Positions 27,488 through 37,826 are shown, counted from the first letter of the stretch. The stretch is DNA of 64,000 nt from an uncultured Candidatus Saccharibacteria bacterium (GCA_964610055.1 CAZSUC010000001.1:505692-569691), one strand, 5' to 3'. The notes: a model not told the origin generated them from the sequence alone. Numbers and translations are program-made.

Positions 27488-28675
27488 CTAATTTAATCCA
27501 GTTTCATACGCAGCTGCAAATCCTGCTCCTAATCGCAAAGCTAAGTCAGCAATCTGCGCGCCTGCTTGCGGTGTATCTAGCTTCGCAATATTTTGTGCTA
27601 GCCGCTGACGTGTCGCGGGATCGGAAATTAGAGTATGTAAATTATGTTTAAACAATTCCTTACCCGAATTAGCTGGCGGTTCAAGTACAAATACTGCTCC
27701 CGCACGTTCAAAGACCTGAGCATTTTTAATCTGATGATTAGCCGCCGAATGCTCCAGCGGAATTATTAAAGCTGGCTTATGGCATCGTGCCAATTCTGCT
27801 AAAGTTGTTGCTCCGGCTCGCGAAACCACAATGTCAGCTGCCGCCAATGCAATTTCCATGTCATCGCTTAGATAAGGGAAAGGTTTATATTGCTCTTTCC
27901 GAGGAGAATTATTAATTAATTCTTGTGCAACCGTTACCACCGCTTGATAGTGATCCTGACCAGTCACATGAATAATGCTGGCTTCCGCAATAAAAAAAGG
28001 CAAGTGATGCAACAGCAATTCATTCAATTGTTGCGCACCTTGACTGCCGCCAAACATAAAAACTACAACTTCGTTAGCAGCAAAACCAAATTGACGCTTT
28101 GCTGATACTTGGTCAATAGTTCCTAAATTAGTCCGAACCGGAATGCCTGTCACAAATATTTTATTTTTGTATTTTCCCATTTCTTCTCGCGCTTCAGCGA
28201 AACCAACTGCAATCGTTGTCGCAAAACGACTCAACCAACGGTTTGATAAACCCGGTACCGCATCAGATTCATGTAATAAAACTGGAATTCGAAAAAAAAC
28301 AGCTGCTAATACAACCGGAACACTTCCATAACCTCCTTTACTAATAATAACATCCGGCATTTGGCGCCAAACTACAACTAAGGCTTTGGCAATTCCTAGC
28401 GGTAAGTTAACTAATAAGTCGACTATGTTTTTCCAAGAAGCATAACGACGTAATTTACCTGAAACGATATTTGTGACTTTAACATCATATTGGCCAAATA
28501 AGTCTTGTGCCGCCTGATTAACAACTCCCGCAAACACAATTTCTAATTCATTTGGATCAACCCGTGCTGGTAATTTATCTTGCTGCTCAATAAATCTTGT
28601 GCGCAAAGATTCAATCATCGGCACAAATGGTATTAAATGTCCGGCCGTTCCACCGCCGGTCAACATTATCCTCAT
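27488..28675 (-). CDS. murG: Undecaprenyl-PP-MurNAc-pentapeptide N-acetylglucosaminyltransferase
   Basis: N-terminus MLTGGGTAGHLIP and GT28 fold. Confidence 0.9.
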   Translation of the reverse strand: MRIMLTGGGTAGHLIPFVPMIESLRTRFIEQQDKLPARVDPNELEIVFAGVVNQAAQDLFGQYDVKVTNIVSGKLRRYASWKNIVDLLVNLPLGIAKALVVVWRQMPDVIISKGGYGSVPVVLAAVFFRIPVLLHESDAVPGLSNRWLSRFATTIAVGFAEAREEMGKYKNKIFVTGIPVRTNLGTIDQVSAKRQFGFAANEVVVFMFGGSQGAQQLNELLLHHLPFFIAEASIIHVTGQDHYQAVVTVAQELINNSPRKEQYKPFPYLSDDMEIALAAADIVVSRAGATTLAELARCHKPALIIPLEHSAANHQIKNAQVFERAGAVFVLEPPANSGKELFKHNLHTLISDPATRQRLAQNIAKLDTPQAGAQIADLALRLGAGFAAAYETGLN

Positions 28676-28696
28676 ATGTCTAGATTATCACGCTAT

Positions 28697-29806
28697 TTAC
28701 TCTTTGGCATAGCGGCTAATATTCAACAGCATGCCGGCTGCAAAGAGCGTGGTTGCTAAAGCCGATCCTCCATAACTAATAAACGGCAAAGGAATTCCCG
28801 TCATCGGAGTAACTCCTAAAATTGATCCAATATTGATAAACGCCTGCACAATAATCCAAGAAGTAATTCCAACCGCTAATAACCTACCAAAGATATCTGG
28901 TGTTTTTCGCGCAATACTAAATCCTCGCCACGCCAAGATCGCAAACACAAAAATTACCAAAGTACTTCGAATAAATCCTAATTCTTCCGCAATTACTGCA
29001 TAAATAGAATCCCCGGCAGGTTCAGGCAAATATTGATACTTTTGTCGACTTCGCCCAAATCCTAATCCCCAGATTCCACCTGATCCAGCTGCCAATAATG
29101 CTTGATTAATCTGATAGCCAATGCCTTGTGGATCTAATTCCGGATGCAAATAAACCATAATACGGTTCAATCGGTAACTCGCCGTTTTAACTAATATGCC
29201 TAAAATAACCAAACCACTCAGACCTAATAGAGATAAGTGCCTTAATCTAATGCCTCCCGCGTAAATCATGGCACTTCCAATCGCTAAAATACTGATTAAA
29301 GTGCCTAAATCTGGCTGCATGATAATTAAAATACTGATAATGCCCATAATAATTAAAAATGGCATCACCCCTTCTTTAAAATTCCGAATATGAGCACTCC
29401 TAGTTTCCAATAAAGCGGCTAAATAAATAATAAAAGCTAATTTCGTTAACTCCGTCGGCTGAATTGTAATCGGCCCGATTCCAATCCACCGCGCTGCTCC
29501 ACCTGAAGCCACCTGTAATTGCGGAATAAAGACTAAGACAAGCAAAATTAATGACGCTAACAATACCGGTAATGCCATTGGCCGCCAGCTTCTGTAAGGA
29601 ATATACATTCCGGCTAATAAAGCAATCAGACCAACAGAACCGCCATAAAGAAGCTGATGTTTCAAAAAATAAAAAGGATCCTGACTAAATCTTTCCGCAA
29701 TTACTGAAGAAGCTGAAGCCACCATCATTAAACCAAACAAAGTTAACCCTACAATCACTGCCAATAAAACAATATCAAATGGTCGGCTAGGTTTATTCTG
29801 CGTCAT
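28697..29806 (-). CDS. ftsW: SEDS-family peptidoglycan glycosyltransferase / cell division protein FtsW
   Basis: Ten-transmembrane SEDS topology with characteristic PEPAGDSIYA-type motif. Sits in the division/cell-wall cluster context. Confidence 0.85.
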   Translation of the reverse strand: MTQNKPSRPFDIVLLAVIVGLTLFGLMMVASASSVIAERFSQDPFYFLKHQLLYGGSVGLIALLAGMYIPYRSWRPMALPVLLASLILLVLVFIPQLQVASGGAARWIGIGPITIQPTELTKLAFIIYLAALLETRSAHIRNFKEGVMPFLIIMGIISILIIMQPDLGTLISILAIGSAMIYAGGIRLRHLSLLGLSGLVILGILVKTASYRLNRIMVYLHPELDPQGIGYQINQALLAAGSGGIWGLGFGRSRQKYQYLPEPAGDSIYAVIAEELGFIRSTLVIFVFAILAWRGFSIARKTPDIFGRLLAVGITSWIIVQAFINIGSILGVTPMTGIPLPFISYGGSALATTLFAAGMLLNISRYAKE

Positions 29807-31199
29807 ATTTCAATTGTAACACCGCCTTTTTAAAAGCCTCTCCTCTTTCAAACTCATTTTTAAATGATCCAAAACTTGTTGCTCCTGGTGACATTAAAAC
29901 CACTTCTCCAGCCTGAGCCGTATCTCGAGCTAATTGCACCGCGTCTTCTATCGTTGATGCCGCTGTCATTGGTACAGTGCATTGCAATAAACGCAAAGCA
30001 TCTTGCATTATATTAGTTGCATCACCTGGCAACCAAATTATATGTCCCAACTTCGCATTCATTACACATTTTGCCCAATTGTCGTACTTCAACCCTTTAT
30101 TATTTCCTCCCGCGATTAACACTATTTTTTGTTCGTGCCAATGCTCTAAAGCCGCACAACTAGCCTCCGGTATCGTTGCTGCTGAATCATTCACAAATGT
30201 CACCCCTTTATTTTCAGCTATGATTTCTTGTCGATGTGGTACACCAGTCCAAGACTTAAGTGCTAATCGCAACTTTTCAATAACGCCAAAATGCATTGCC
30301 AAAAATATACCAGGCAATAAATTCATCTGTCCTATCGCTCCGACATCCGGTAAATCACTTATTTTACATATTTCTGTCTTGATTCCATCTTTTACATAAA
30401 CAATTTTGTTAGCCTCGCAGCCAATACCATTTTGAGGAACCGTGCTGCGACTAAACCAATACTTACGTCCATTCCCTGTATCTTCCCATTTTCTAATATT
30501 AGGGTCGTCATAGTTCAAAAGAGCTAATTGATCGTTATTTTGTAGCGCAACTACTGAACGTTTTACAGCGTAATAGTCTTCTAACGATTCATATGTATTC
30601 AAATGATCCGGATATAAAGAAGTAACCACTACCACTGGAATATTTAAATTATGTTCAGCTAAAGCCTCTAAGCGCCAACTCGATAGCTCTACAACAATCG
30701 CATCTGTCGATTTGATTTTTGATAAATTTCCTAAAAGAGATTCTCCGTCAACTCCAATCATCCAAACTTTAGCATATATCGAACGTAAAATATGTCCTAT
30801 AAAGTGTGCTGTTGTCGTTTTTCCTTTTGTTCCTGTTATCGCAAAAATATTTTTTGTTGGTGCATATCTGATCAACAAACTACTGTCCATTTCAATTGGA
30901 ACCCCCGCCATACGCGCCATTTTTAGCCATTTTGAGTCACTTCTGACCGCTGGATTACGCACAACTAGATCGGCTTGTGTAAACCATTCCGGCTGATGCT
31001 CACCTAAATGCCATTCAAGTTCCGGACAATCAATTAATCTGTTTTTAATTTCTGCTAATTCCTGTTCTGTTTTTAAATCAGTCACTAAAACTCTAGCTCC
31101 TTGCTCGCATAACCATCGCACAGCACCTTCACCGCCACCTAGCTGACCTAAACCCATGACAGTAACTTTGCTTCCCTTTAAATCAGTAATCATGTCCAT
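29793..31199 (-). CDS. murD: UDP-N-acetylmuramoylalanine--D-glutamate ligase
   Basis: N-terminus KVTVMGLGQLGGGEGAVRWL and Mur-ligase P-loop GTKGKTTT. The ORF as given overlaps mraY, so the start is probably the Met at 31199 or the one at 31193. The Met at 31193 gives an ATGA overlap with the mraY stop. Confidence 0.85.
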   Translation of the reverse strand: MDMITDLKGSKVTVMGLGQLGGGEGAVRWLCEQGARVLVTDLKTEQELAEIKNRLIDCPELEWHLGEHQPEWFTQADLVVRNPAVRSDSKWLKMARMAGVPIEMDSSLLIRYAPTKNIFAITGTKGKTTTAHFIGHILRSIYAKVWMIGVDGESLLGNLSKIKSTDAIVVELSSWRLEALAEHNLNIPVVVVTSLYPDHLNTYESLEDYYAVKRSVVALQNNDQLALLNYDDPNIRKWEDTGNGRKYWFSRSTVPQNGIGCEANKIVYVKDGIKTEICKISDLPDVGAIGQMNLLPGIFLAMHFGVIEKLRLALKSWTGVPHRQEIIAENKGVTFVNDSAATIPEASCAALEHWHEQKIVLIAGGNNKGLKYDNWAKCVMNAKLGHIIWLPGDATNIMQDALRLLQCTVPMTAASTIEDAVQLARDTAQAGEVVLMSPGATSFGSFKNEFERGEAFKKAVLQLKYDAE

Positions 31200-32260
31200 T
31201 GTCCTCGTCCTACAATTGCAATCACCAAACCAATACCAGCCGAAACCGCCGCAATAATCCAAAAGCGCATTGTTACTTTTGTTTCCGGCCACCCCTTAGC
31301 TTCAAAATGATGATGAACTGGAGCTGACAAGAAGACTTTCTTCTTTAGTATTTTTTTTGAAGCCACTTGAATAATGACAGACGCTGATTCTAAAACTAAC
31401 GGAAACGCAATAATAGGCAAAACCAAAGCAGAGTTAGTCAGCATTGCAATAATTCCTAGGGTTGTGCCTAAACTCATCGCTCCCGTATCACCAATAAAAA
31501 ATCGAGCCGGATAAATATTAAACCATAAGAATGCCATTAGTGCCCCCACTATTGCCGCACAAAACATTGCTAATTCCATCCTCCCAATCACAAACGCTAA
31601 AGCTGTATAAGCCCCAAAACAAAATAACAAAATTCCACCGGCTAAACCATCTAAACCATCCGACTCATTAACTGAAAAAGCAGTTGAAACAATTACTAAA
31701 ATAAATAACGGCACATACCACCAACCAATTTCAAAATCATTTACTCCCGGCACATGAATTACGCTCCAACCAAGCTTCACGTAAAACCAATATGCTCCCC
31801 CCGCAGCAACCGCTGTATAGAGCAATAGTCTTTGCGTCATATTCATACCGCCAGTTTTTCCGCGTTTATGTACATTTAAATAGTCATCCCATAGCCCTAA
31901 TAACGCTGCAATCACTAGTGCCCCCAAAGGTAGCCAGGTTTGTGAGCGACTAAGAAAATTTAAATATTGTAACCATGGCCACGGCAAAATATATGCTCCC
32001 AGCCAAAATAATAACGCCAAGCCTAAAACTGTTCCCCAAACAATAATACCTCCTCCCACCGGAGTCCCCGCTTTTTCTGCATGCAACTTAGAGTAAATTG
32101 GCGTATTACCATTGTCTCTAATGCTTTTACCAAACTTATATTTATACAAAAAATGAGTTAAAACTGGCGTTAACCCCAAGGCGACTAAAAAAGTAATCAT
32201 TGCCAGTCCAATAACCCGCACCACGTCTATTACTAATTTTGGATCAGAAAATTGCAACAT
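31190..32260 (-). CDS. mraY: Phospho-N-acetylmuramoyl-pentapeptide transferase
   Basis: MraY/WecA-family polytopic membrane protein with conserved DD and HHH motifs (VHHHFE). Confidence 0.9.
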   Translation of the reverse strand: MLQFSDPKLVIDVVRVIGLAMITFLVALGLTPVLTHFLYKYKFGKSIRDNGNTPIYSKLHAEKAGTPVGGGIIVWGTVLGLALLFWLGAYILPWPWLQYLNFLSRSQTWLPLGALVIAALLGLWDDYLNVHKRGKTGGMNMTQRLLLYTAVAAGGAYWFYVKLGWSVIHVPGVNDFEIGWWYVPLFILVIVSTAFSVNESDGLDGLAGGILLFCFGAYTALAFVIGRMELAMFCAAIVGALMAFLWFNIYPARFFIGDTGAMSLGTTLGIIAMLTNSALVLPIIAFPLVLESASVIIQVASKKILKKKVFLSAPVHHHFEAKGWPETKVTMRFWIIAAVSAGIGLVIAIVGRGQWT

Positions 32261-33169
32261 TTATCCTCCGTACCGGGTTGTATCCGGCCATGAATAATTA
32301 CGTTCTATCCACTCCATGACTAATTTAGTATCTACAAAACGCTGATCACTTCCTAAAACAACAATTCCCACCGTATGACGATCGTTTGTTTGACTAATCA
32401 CTGCCAAATTTTCTTTGGCTTCCAAAGTAAACCCAGTTTTCCCTGCTAAAATTGGTATATAAGTGCCTAACAATTCATTCGTCGTTTTATATTTTAACTT
32501 CGACCCTTCAACAGACGTAATCTCACCGACCGACGCCGCTAAATCTGCTCGTAAAACATCGTCAGCATAAGCTAATTCTAGCATTTTTCTCACATCAGTT
32601 GCTGTCGCATACTGATCCCCGCCAGACAACCCTGTTGCATTAGTGGCTTTTGTTTCGGCCATTCCGTGAGTTAAGGCATAAATATTCATTTTGTTCACAA
32701 AATCATTTTCACTACCTGCACACGCCTGAGCCAATGCGATCATCGCATCATTTGCGGATGGCACTAAACCAGCTTTTAAAAGTTCGCTCACTAATACGTG
32801 CTCACCCGGAACTAATTTTACATCAACCCCTGCTTGCTGAGCCTTACGTACCTCGGTTGGAATTACTACTACTTGGCTCAAATCTAAACATTCCCTCACG
32901 GTTAAAGCTGACAATAACTTAGTTACACTTGCAATTGGACGTTGCTGATGCGAATTTTTTTCATATAAAATCTGTCCACTCTCTATATCCCAAGCTAAAA
33001 CCGATTCAGCTGTGGTTACCAAATCCATAGCTGGTCCAGTCTTTGTTGGAGCCGATATCTGTACTCCCGCCACGTTAGCTGTTGTTATCTGCTCCGGATC
33101 TTCGCACCACGAACCATTTGCATTTGTCAGCATACACGTCAAAGCAATTAATAACGCTTTAGCAATCAT
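32261..33169 (-). CDS. Serine-type D-Ala-D-Ala carboxypeptidase (peptidase S11, PBP5/6-like)
   Basis: SxxK active-site motif (IASVTKLL), an SAN-like motif (PSANDAM) and a KTG motif (AGKTGFT). Confidence 0.75.
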   Translation of the reverse strand: MIAKALLIALTCMLTNANGSWCEDPEQITTANVAGVQISAPTKTGPAMDLVTTAESVLAWDIESGQILYEKNSHQQRPIASVTKLLSALTVRECLDLSQVVVIPTEVRKAQQAGVDVKLVPGEHVLVSELLKAGLVPSANDAMIALAQACAGSENDFVNKMNIYALTHGMAETKATNATGLSGGDQYATATDVRKMLELAYADDVLRADLAASVGEITSVEGSKLKYKTTNELLGTYIPILAGKTGFTLEAKENLAVISQTNDRHTVGIVVLGSDQRFVDTKLVMEWIERNYSWPDTTRYGG

Positions 33170-33699
33170 GAATTCGCTTGGTTAAGTAACTGTTCTATTT
33201 TATCGTCTTGCGACAACTCTTCAAAATTAGGTAAATCATCCGTCTTAATCACGCCCAGCTGTCGTAAAAATTCCTCTGTAATCACATATTTTGCTGGAAT
33301 CTTTTGATTCGCAGCACGAACCAAGGCTCGCTGTTGTAAATGAGTCACCACTCGCCGAGAATCTACCCCACGTAAAGCATCGATTTCATGCATGGTGACT
33401 GGACCCCGATAAGCAATAATCGCTAAAGTCTCAGCTGCTGCTGCTGATATCTTTCTTGTTTCCTCGGCTAAATATTTTGCTACAAAATCCGCCACCACTG
33501 GACTCGTTACCATTTGCACATGAGTTAAGGTAGTCATAATAGCCAAACCACGACCTTGCCAGATTTTTTTTAGATCATCAATACATTTATCAAGATCTTC
33601 CGTATTATTTTGGCCTAATAAACGTATTAATTCTTTTTTTGAAACCGCATCCCCGGCCAAAAAAAGCAAGGCCTCAAGTTTTTGTGTCTCATTCTTCAT
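33166..33699 (-). CDS. scpB: Segregation and condensation protein B
   Basis: ScpB winged-helix N-terminus (LEALLFLAGDAVSKKEL). Confidence 0.8.
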   Translation of the reverse strand: MKNETQKLEALLFLAGDAVSKKELIRLLGQNNTEDLDKCIDDLKKIWQGRGLAIMTTLTHVQMVTSPVVADFVAKYLAEETRKISAAAAETLAIIAYRGPVTMHEIDALRGVDSRRVVTHLQQRALVRAANQKIPAKYVITEEFLRQLGVIKTDDLPNFEELSQDDKIEQLLNQANS

Positions 33700-34417
33700 A
33701 ATGATTCGGTATTTCCGATTTTACCGCCTTAATCTCAATCTCGCCAAATATTTGCTCTTGCTGACACTTTGCTTGATTATTTTTTTCTAATTCTAACGCT
33801 GCTAATAACGAAGTTGCCACTGTTTGGTGGTCAGCATCACGAATAATTTCGCTAAACCATACTTGTGGCATTTCTTGTAAGCGTCGTCTCAGGGTTGCTA
33901 AACATTCTTGTACTCTTTTGCCCTGAGGTCTTAAATGACGCCGCTTATCTAAAGGAGTCGGTAATTTATCCCGCATTTGCACAAATGCATGTGCTAAATC
34001 ATTACCAGTAATTTGCGGCCAAACCGGTTCTGCTTCCAAGTGCAAATGCAATGGACCAGGTAATAATGGATATTTTCCCCATTGCTCTTGCCATTTCTTC
34101 GCTTGTTCTCGATATAACGCATATATTCTGACACGCCAAGACAAATCATCAATCACGTCCTCTTCTTCAGCCGTAAGGTCAGGAAGCAGACAACGTAATT
34201 TCATAACTAACAACAAAGCCGCTGTCCGAGCAAAATCAGCTTGCTGCTCTACTGAAATCGTTTGGTCTAATTCAGTCGCTTTTAAAAAATCATCAGTAAT
34301 ATCAGCTAAATTGACTGTACTAATATCTAACTTGTGCGCTCGTATTAATTCCAATAACAAATCAAATGGTCCTTCAAACTCCTCGATCTTAACTACCGGC
34401 GCATTGCCATGGTCCAT
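33689..34417 (-). CDS. scpA: Segregation and condensation protein A
   Basis: ScpA N-terminus (FEGPFDLLLELIRAHKLDISTVNLADITDDFL). Confidence 0.8.
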   Translation of the reverse strand: MDHGNAPVVKIEEFEGPFDLLLELIRAHKLDISTVNLADITDDFLKATELDQTISVEQQADFARTAALLLVMKLRCLLPDLTAEEEDVIDDLSWRVRIYALYREQAKKWQEQWGKYPLLPGPLHLHLEAEPVWPQITGNDLAHAFVQMRDKLPTPLDKRRHLRPQGKRVQECLATLRRRLQEMPQVWFSEIIRDADHQTVATSLLAALELEKNNQAKCQQEQIFGEIEIKAVKSEIPNHYEE

Positions 34418-34418
34418 A

Positions 34419-35225
34419 TTATTTAACTTTCGGCATCGGCCGATTACGATATTTCCAAAAATACTTACCAGCCGAACGAATGTGCTCTCGTGTTGCCCAA
34501 TTAGTTATCACGCCTAATAAAGAGCTCGCCCCACTGCTTCTTTGGTGAAAATGAGAAAACACTGCTTCAGGTACATATGTTACACGCCAATGTTTTTCCC
34601 AAAAACGTCGGCACCAATCCACGTCTTCAAAATACAAAAAGAAATTCTCATCCATGCCACCAACTTCTGCTACTGCTGTCTTACGTAACATCAGGCAAGA
34701 GCCCATTAACCACTCCACGTCTCTGACTGTGTGATGGTCAAAATCTTGCATCAAAAAACGATCAACTTCCTTTTTTCCCCAATATGTTTGGCCTAGCCAA
34801 GTCCGACGATATACTACAGTCATTAAACGATAAAAACGAAAACAAGACGCTTGCAATGCTCCGTTCGGTGAAATTAACTGCCCTCCTGCTATACCAACAC
34901 CTGAATTCTCGTCCATAAACCGAACTAATTCTTGCACGGCACCCGGTGTGGCAACAATATCAGGATTTAAAACTAGATAATATTCCCCTTCTGCTTGTTT
35001 CAAAGCTTGATTAACCGCTTTTGCTAAACCAAGATTATGCTTGTTCGCTATAACTTGAATAGTTGGCCAATCTGATCGTAAAAATTCTACACTTTGGTCT
35101 CGAGAAGCATTATCTACTACGATAACTTCTGTTTCGTAAGATAATTTCTGCCAACGCAAAGATTCTAAACAAGTATGTGTCAAAGCCCCAGTATTGTAAT
35201 TCACAATGATAATCGAGAGTTTCAT
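34419..35225 (-). CDS. Glycosyltransferase family 2
   Basis: N-terminus LSIIIVNYNTG...VVDNASRD and GT-A fold. Confidence 0.7.
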   Translation of the reverse strand: MKLSIIIVNYNTGALTHTCLESLRWQKLSYETEVIVVDNASRDQSVEFLRSDWPTIQVIANKHNLGLAKAVNQALKQAEGEYYLVLNPDIVATPGAVQELVRFMDENSGVGIAGGQLISPNGALQASCFRFYRLMTVVYRRTWLGQTYWGKKEVDRFLMQDFDHHTVRDVEWLMGSCLMLRKTAVAEVGGMDENFFLYFEDVDWCRRFWEKHWRVTYVPEAVFSHFHQRSSGASSLLGVITNWATREHIRSAGKYFWKYRNRPMPKVK

Positions 35226-36187
35226 ATTACTAGCTTACGCTTATGCCACATTTTTATCAGTCCTTTTCCCGCTTCAATCCATGCTTTTCCGAGCGGCCAA
35301 TATCCTAAAGTCAATCCAAACCATACTAACCCACGCATTACTATAAAAATAGCCCGAGCGACTAATTCTCTGAAAGTTATATTTTTAACCAGCATCCATA
35401 TCCAGTTTCGCAAACTATAATACGTACGTTTATTTTGTAAACGTTTGTATATAGCTTGTGGTGCCATCCCCCAATTCAACCATCCCTTACGTCCAAGAGT
35501 ACGATAATGAAAACCACATCCGACTGGCTCATACTTTATCTGCCAGCCAGCACGTCGTAAGCGCCAACTTAAATCAACATCATCCTTATACGCAAAAAAA
35601 TCAGTGTCAAAATATTCCTTTTCACTGTATCGAACCGAACGCAGAGCTTCCATGCGATACAAGCTCCCTGCTCCAGTTGTCGCAGCAACATCAATCGCTT
35701 GATCAAACTGACCGTTATCAATCTGACCCGCTCCTCGTTCACTTCCATTACAAGCACGGGTCATTTCAATTCCGGCCGAGTCAATCACTAATTCTTGTTT
35801 AGATTTTGCTCGCCATAATTTACCTTGCACTGCTCCGACTTTCGGATTAAGACGCATAACTTCTAATAATCTCATCAGCCCTTCTGGCACAAGCTCTAAA
35901 TCAGGATCGTGCGTAAAAACATAAGGAGTATCACAACGTTCCAATCCAATATTATGTGCCCCTGTAAATCCAAAATTTTGATCTAAAGCTACGATTTCTG
36001 CCTCTGGCAAATTTTGACGCACAATAGCAATTGAATTATCCCGCGAAGCATTATCCAGATAACAAATTTTTGCTATTCCTATTGGTAGTTTCGTCAAAGC
36101 AGCGACTGCCATTGGCAATGTTTTTTCACTGTTCCAGCCGACAATCTGAATCGTGACCTGCTCTTTCGTCTGCATATGATCGCTCAT
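35222..36187 (-). CDS. Glycosyltransferase family 2
   Basis: GT-A fold with DxD region (LDNASRDNS ... FTHDPDLEL). Confidence 0.65.
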   Translation of the reverse strand: MSDHMQTKEQVTIQIVGWNSEKTLPMAVAALTKLPIGIAKICYLDNASRDNSIAIVRQNLPEAEIVALDQNFGFTGAHNIGLERCDTPYVFTHDPDLELVPEGLMRLLEVMRLNPKVGAVQGKLWRAKSKQELVIDSAGIEMTRACNGSERGAGQIDNGQFDQAIDVAATTGAGSLYRMEALRSVRYSEKEYFDTDFFAYKDDVDLSWRLRRAGWQIKYEPVGCGFHYRTLGRKGWLNWGMAPQAIYKRLQNKRTYYSLRNWIWMLVKNITFRELVARAIFIVMRGLVWFGLTLGYWPLGKAWIEAGKGLIKMWHKRKLVI

Positions 36188-36227
36188 ATATTCATGATAA
36201 AGTATAGATACTAACTAGAGCTAATTC

Positions 36228-37817
36228 ATGCTGTCAATCACCATTATTATACTCATCCTAGTCGGGGCTAGTACTATTACAGCGACAATTTTTTCCCAAG
36301 CATACTTTTGGCAACGCAAAGAATACCGTTGGGATCGGATGCGCTCTCTTCTAACTAGTGAAGAGCGCCAAGGTCCTTTCAGTTTTTGGCTCTTTTTAGG
36401 CATTACCTGTTTATTTTTTGCTTGGCTGGCTGTTTTTGAACAGCTATCTTTTGCCTCAGCCCTTAGCTTCATTAGTTTAATTGGTTTCAGTTTTCATCAC
36501 TTTTGGCGTATTTATCAACGCGGAATTTACCGCCCTGCCGTAACTGTAAAAGCCCTACTCGTCATCTTCTTTTCTGCTATCAGTCTAATGAGCTTGATTT
36601 TCTTAACCTATGAATCGACTTTATTATTAACGCTGCAATGGGCTTCCTTTATCTTCCTTGTCCCTTTCTTAACCGCATTTTCTGTCGGGCTAGTAAACCT
36701 GATAACTTATCCGCAACGACAACGCATTATTAATCACGCCCACTTATTACGTCGTAATCTTCCTACTCTTACCGTTGTTGGTATTACTGGTAGCTTTGGT
36801 AAAACTTCGACTAAATACTTTCTTAGTCAAATCCTTACTCACGCTAAACTCACTCATGTTTCTAGTCGTCACCACCGCAATTCAGAGTTAGCTATTGCTC
36901 AAGATATGATAACACAGCTATCACCTAAAACTAAGATTTATATCGCTGAAATGGGTGCCTATACTAAAGGAGAAATTGCTGCCTTAGCTCGCCTAACTCA
37001 GCCGCGACTCGGTATCATTACTAACATCGGCAACCAACATCTTGCTTTGTTTGGTTCACCTGAAAACTTAGCGACTGCTAAATGGGAACTCGCTCAAGAA
37101 TTGCCCCCAGATGGCACTCTGATCTTAAACCAGGACAACCCTATTCTGCGTGACAAAGCTCATAATTTCTCTGGACGCATTATCTGGTTTAGTACCGTTG
37201 CCGATGCCCAAATTAGAGCTGAAAGTATTGTCTCCTCTCCCCGTCAACTTGATTTCACTCTGCATATAAATAACGACCAACGCCATGTCACTATTCCGCT
37301 ATTAAGCCAAGCTCCTATCTCTAATATTCTGGCCGCCGTCGCTGGGGCGATGGCTCTCGGAGTTAATTCAAATGACATTTTTGCGGCACTTTCTCATCTT
37401 CAACCCATGCCTCGTACCATGGAATTAATAACTAAAAAAAATGGTCAAACTGTTATTGATGATAGCTATAGTGCTAATGAAACTGGCGTCTTAGAAGCAA
37501 TTCGTCATTTAGCTACTTTTCCTGATAAGCATAAAATTATTTTTCTTTCCCCTTTAATTGAACTTGGCTCACGCGCACATTTAACACATGAATTAATCGG
37601 CCAAGCGCTCAGTTCAGTTGATGCTCAAGTATATTTAACTAATTCGCATTATTCAGTCGACATTAAACATGGTTTCGGAACTGACTCATCCTCAAACCTG
37701 AAAATCGCGTCCAAACCAACTGAAATTAAAGCCGCCTTAGCCCAAATTCCTCCCGCAAGCGTAATCTTACTTGAAGGACGAATTCCTGAACTTGTCCGTA
37801 AATCCCTACTAAGTTAA
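36228..37817 (+). CDS. murF: MurF-like Mur ligase whose N-terminal domain is replaced by a roughly 170-aa five-transmembrane membrane domain
   Basis: P-loop VVGITGSFGKTSTK appears at about aa 185. MurF-specific motifs follow: ITNIGNQHLALFGS and VIDDSYSANETG (DDSYNAN-type). The first ~170 aa are five hydrophobic helices. Confidence 0.7.
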   Translation: MLSITIIILILVGASTITATIFSQAYFWQRKEYRWDRMRSLLTSEERQGPFSFWLFLGITCLFFAWLAVFEQLSFASALSFISLIGFSFHHFWRIYQRGIYRPAVTVKALLVIFFSAISLMSLIFLTYESTLLLTLQWASFIFLVPFLTAFSVGLVNLITYPQRQRIINHAHLLRRNLPTLTVVGITGSFGKTSTKYFLSQILTHAKLTHVSSRHHRNSELAIAQDMITQLSPKTKIYIAEMGAYTKGEIAALARLTQPRLGIITNIGNQHLALFGSPENLATAKWELAQELPPDGTLILNQDNPILRDKAHNFSGRIIWFSTVADAQIRAESIVSSPRQLDFTLHINNDQRHVTIPLLSQAPISNILAAVAGAMALGVNSNDIFAALSHLQPMPRTMELITKKNGQTVIDDSYSANETGVLEAIRHLATFPDKHKIIFLSPLIELGSRAHLTHELIGQALSSVDAQVYLTNSHYSVDIKHGFGTDSSSNLKIASKPTEIKAALAQIPPASVILLEGRIPELVRKSLLS

Positions 37818-37826
37818 GGTGCATCC

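Noticed and set aside
36221-36472. 83-aa minus-strand ORF overlapping the murF 5' end
   Set aside because: It is antisense to the hydrophobic N-terminal region of MurF, and its Lys/Arg-rich composition is typical of a shadow ORF.
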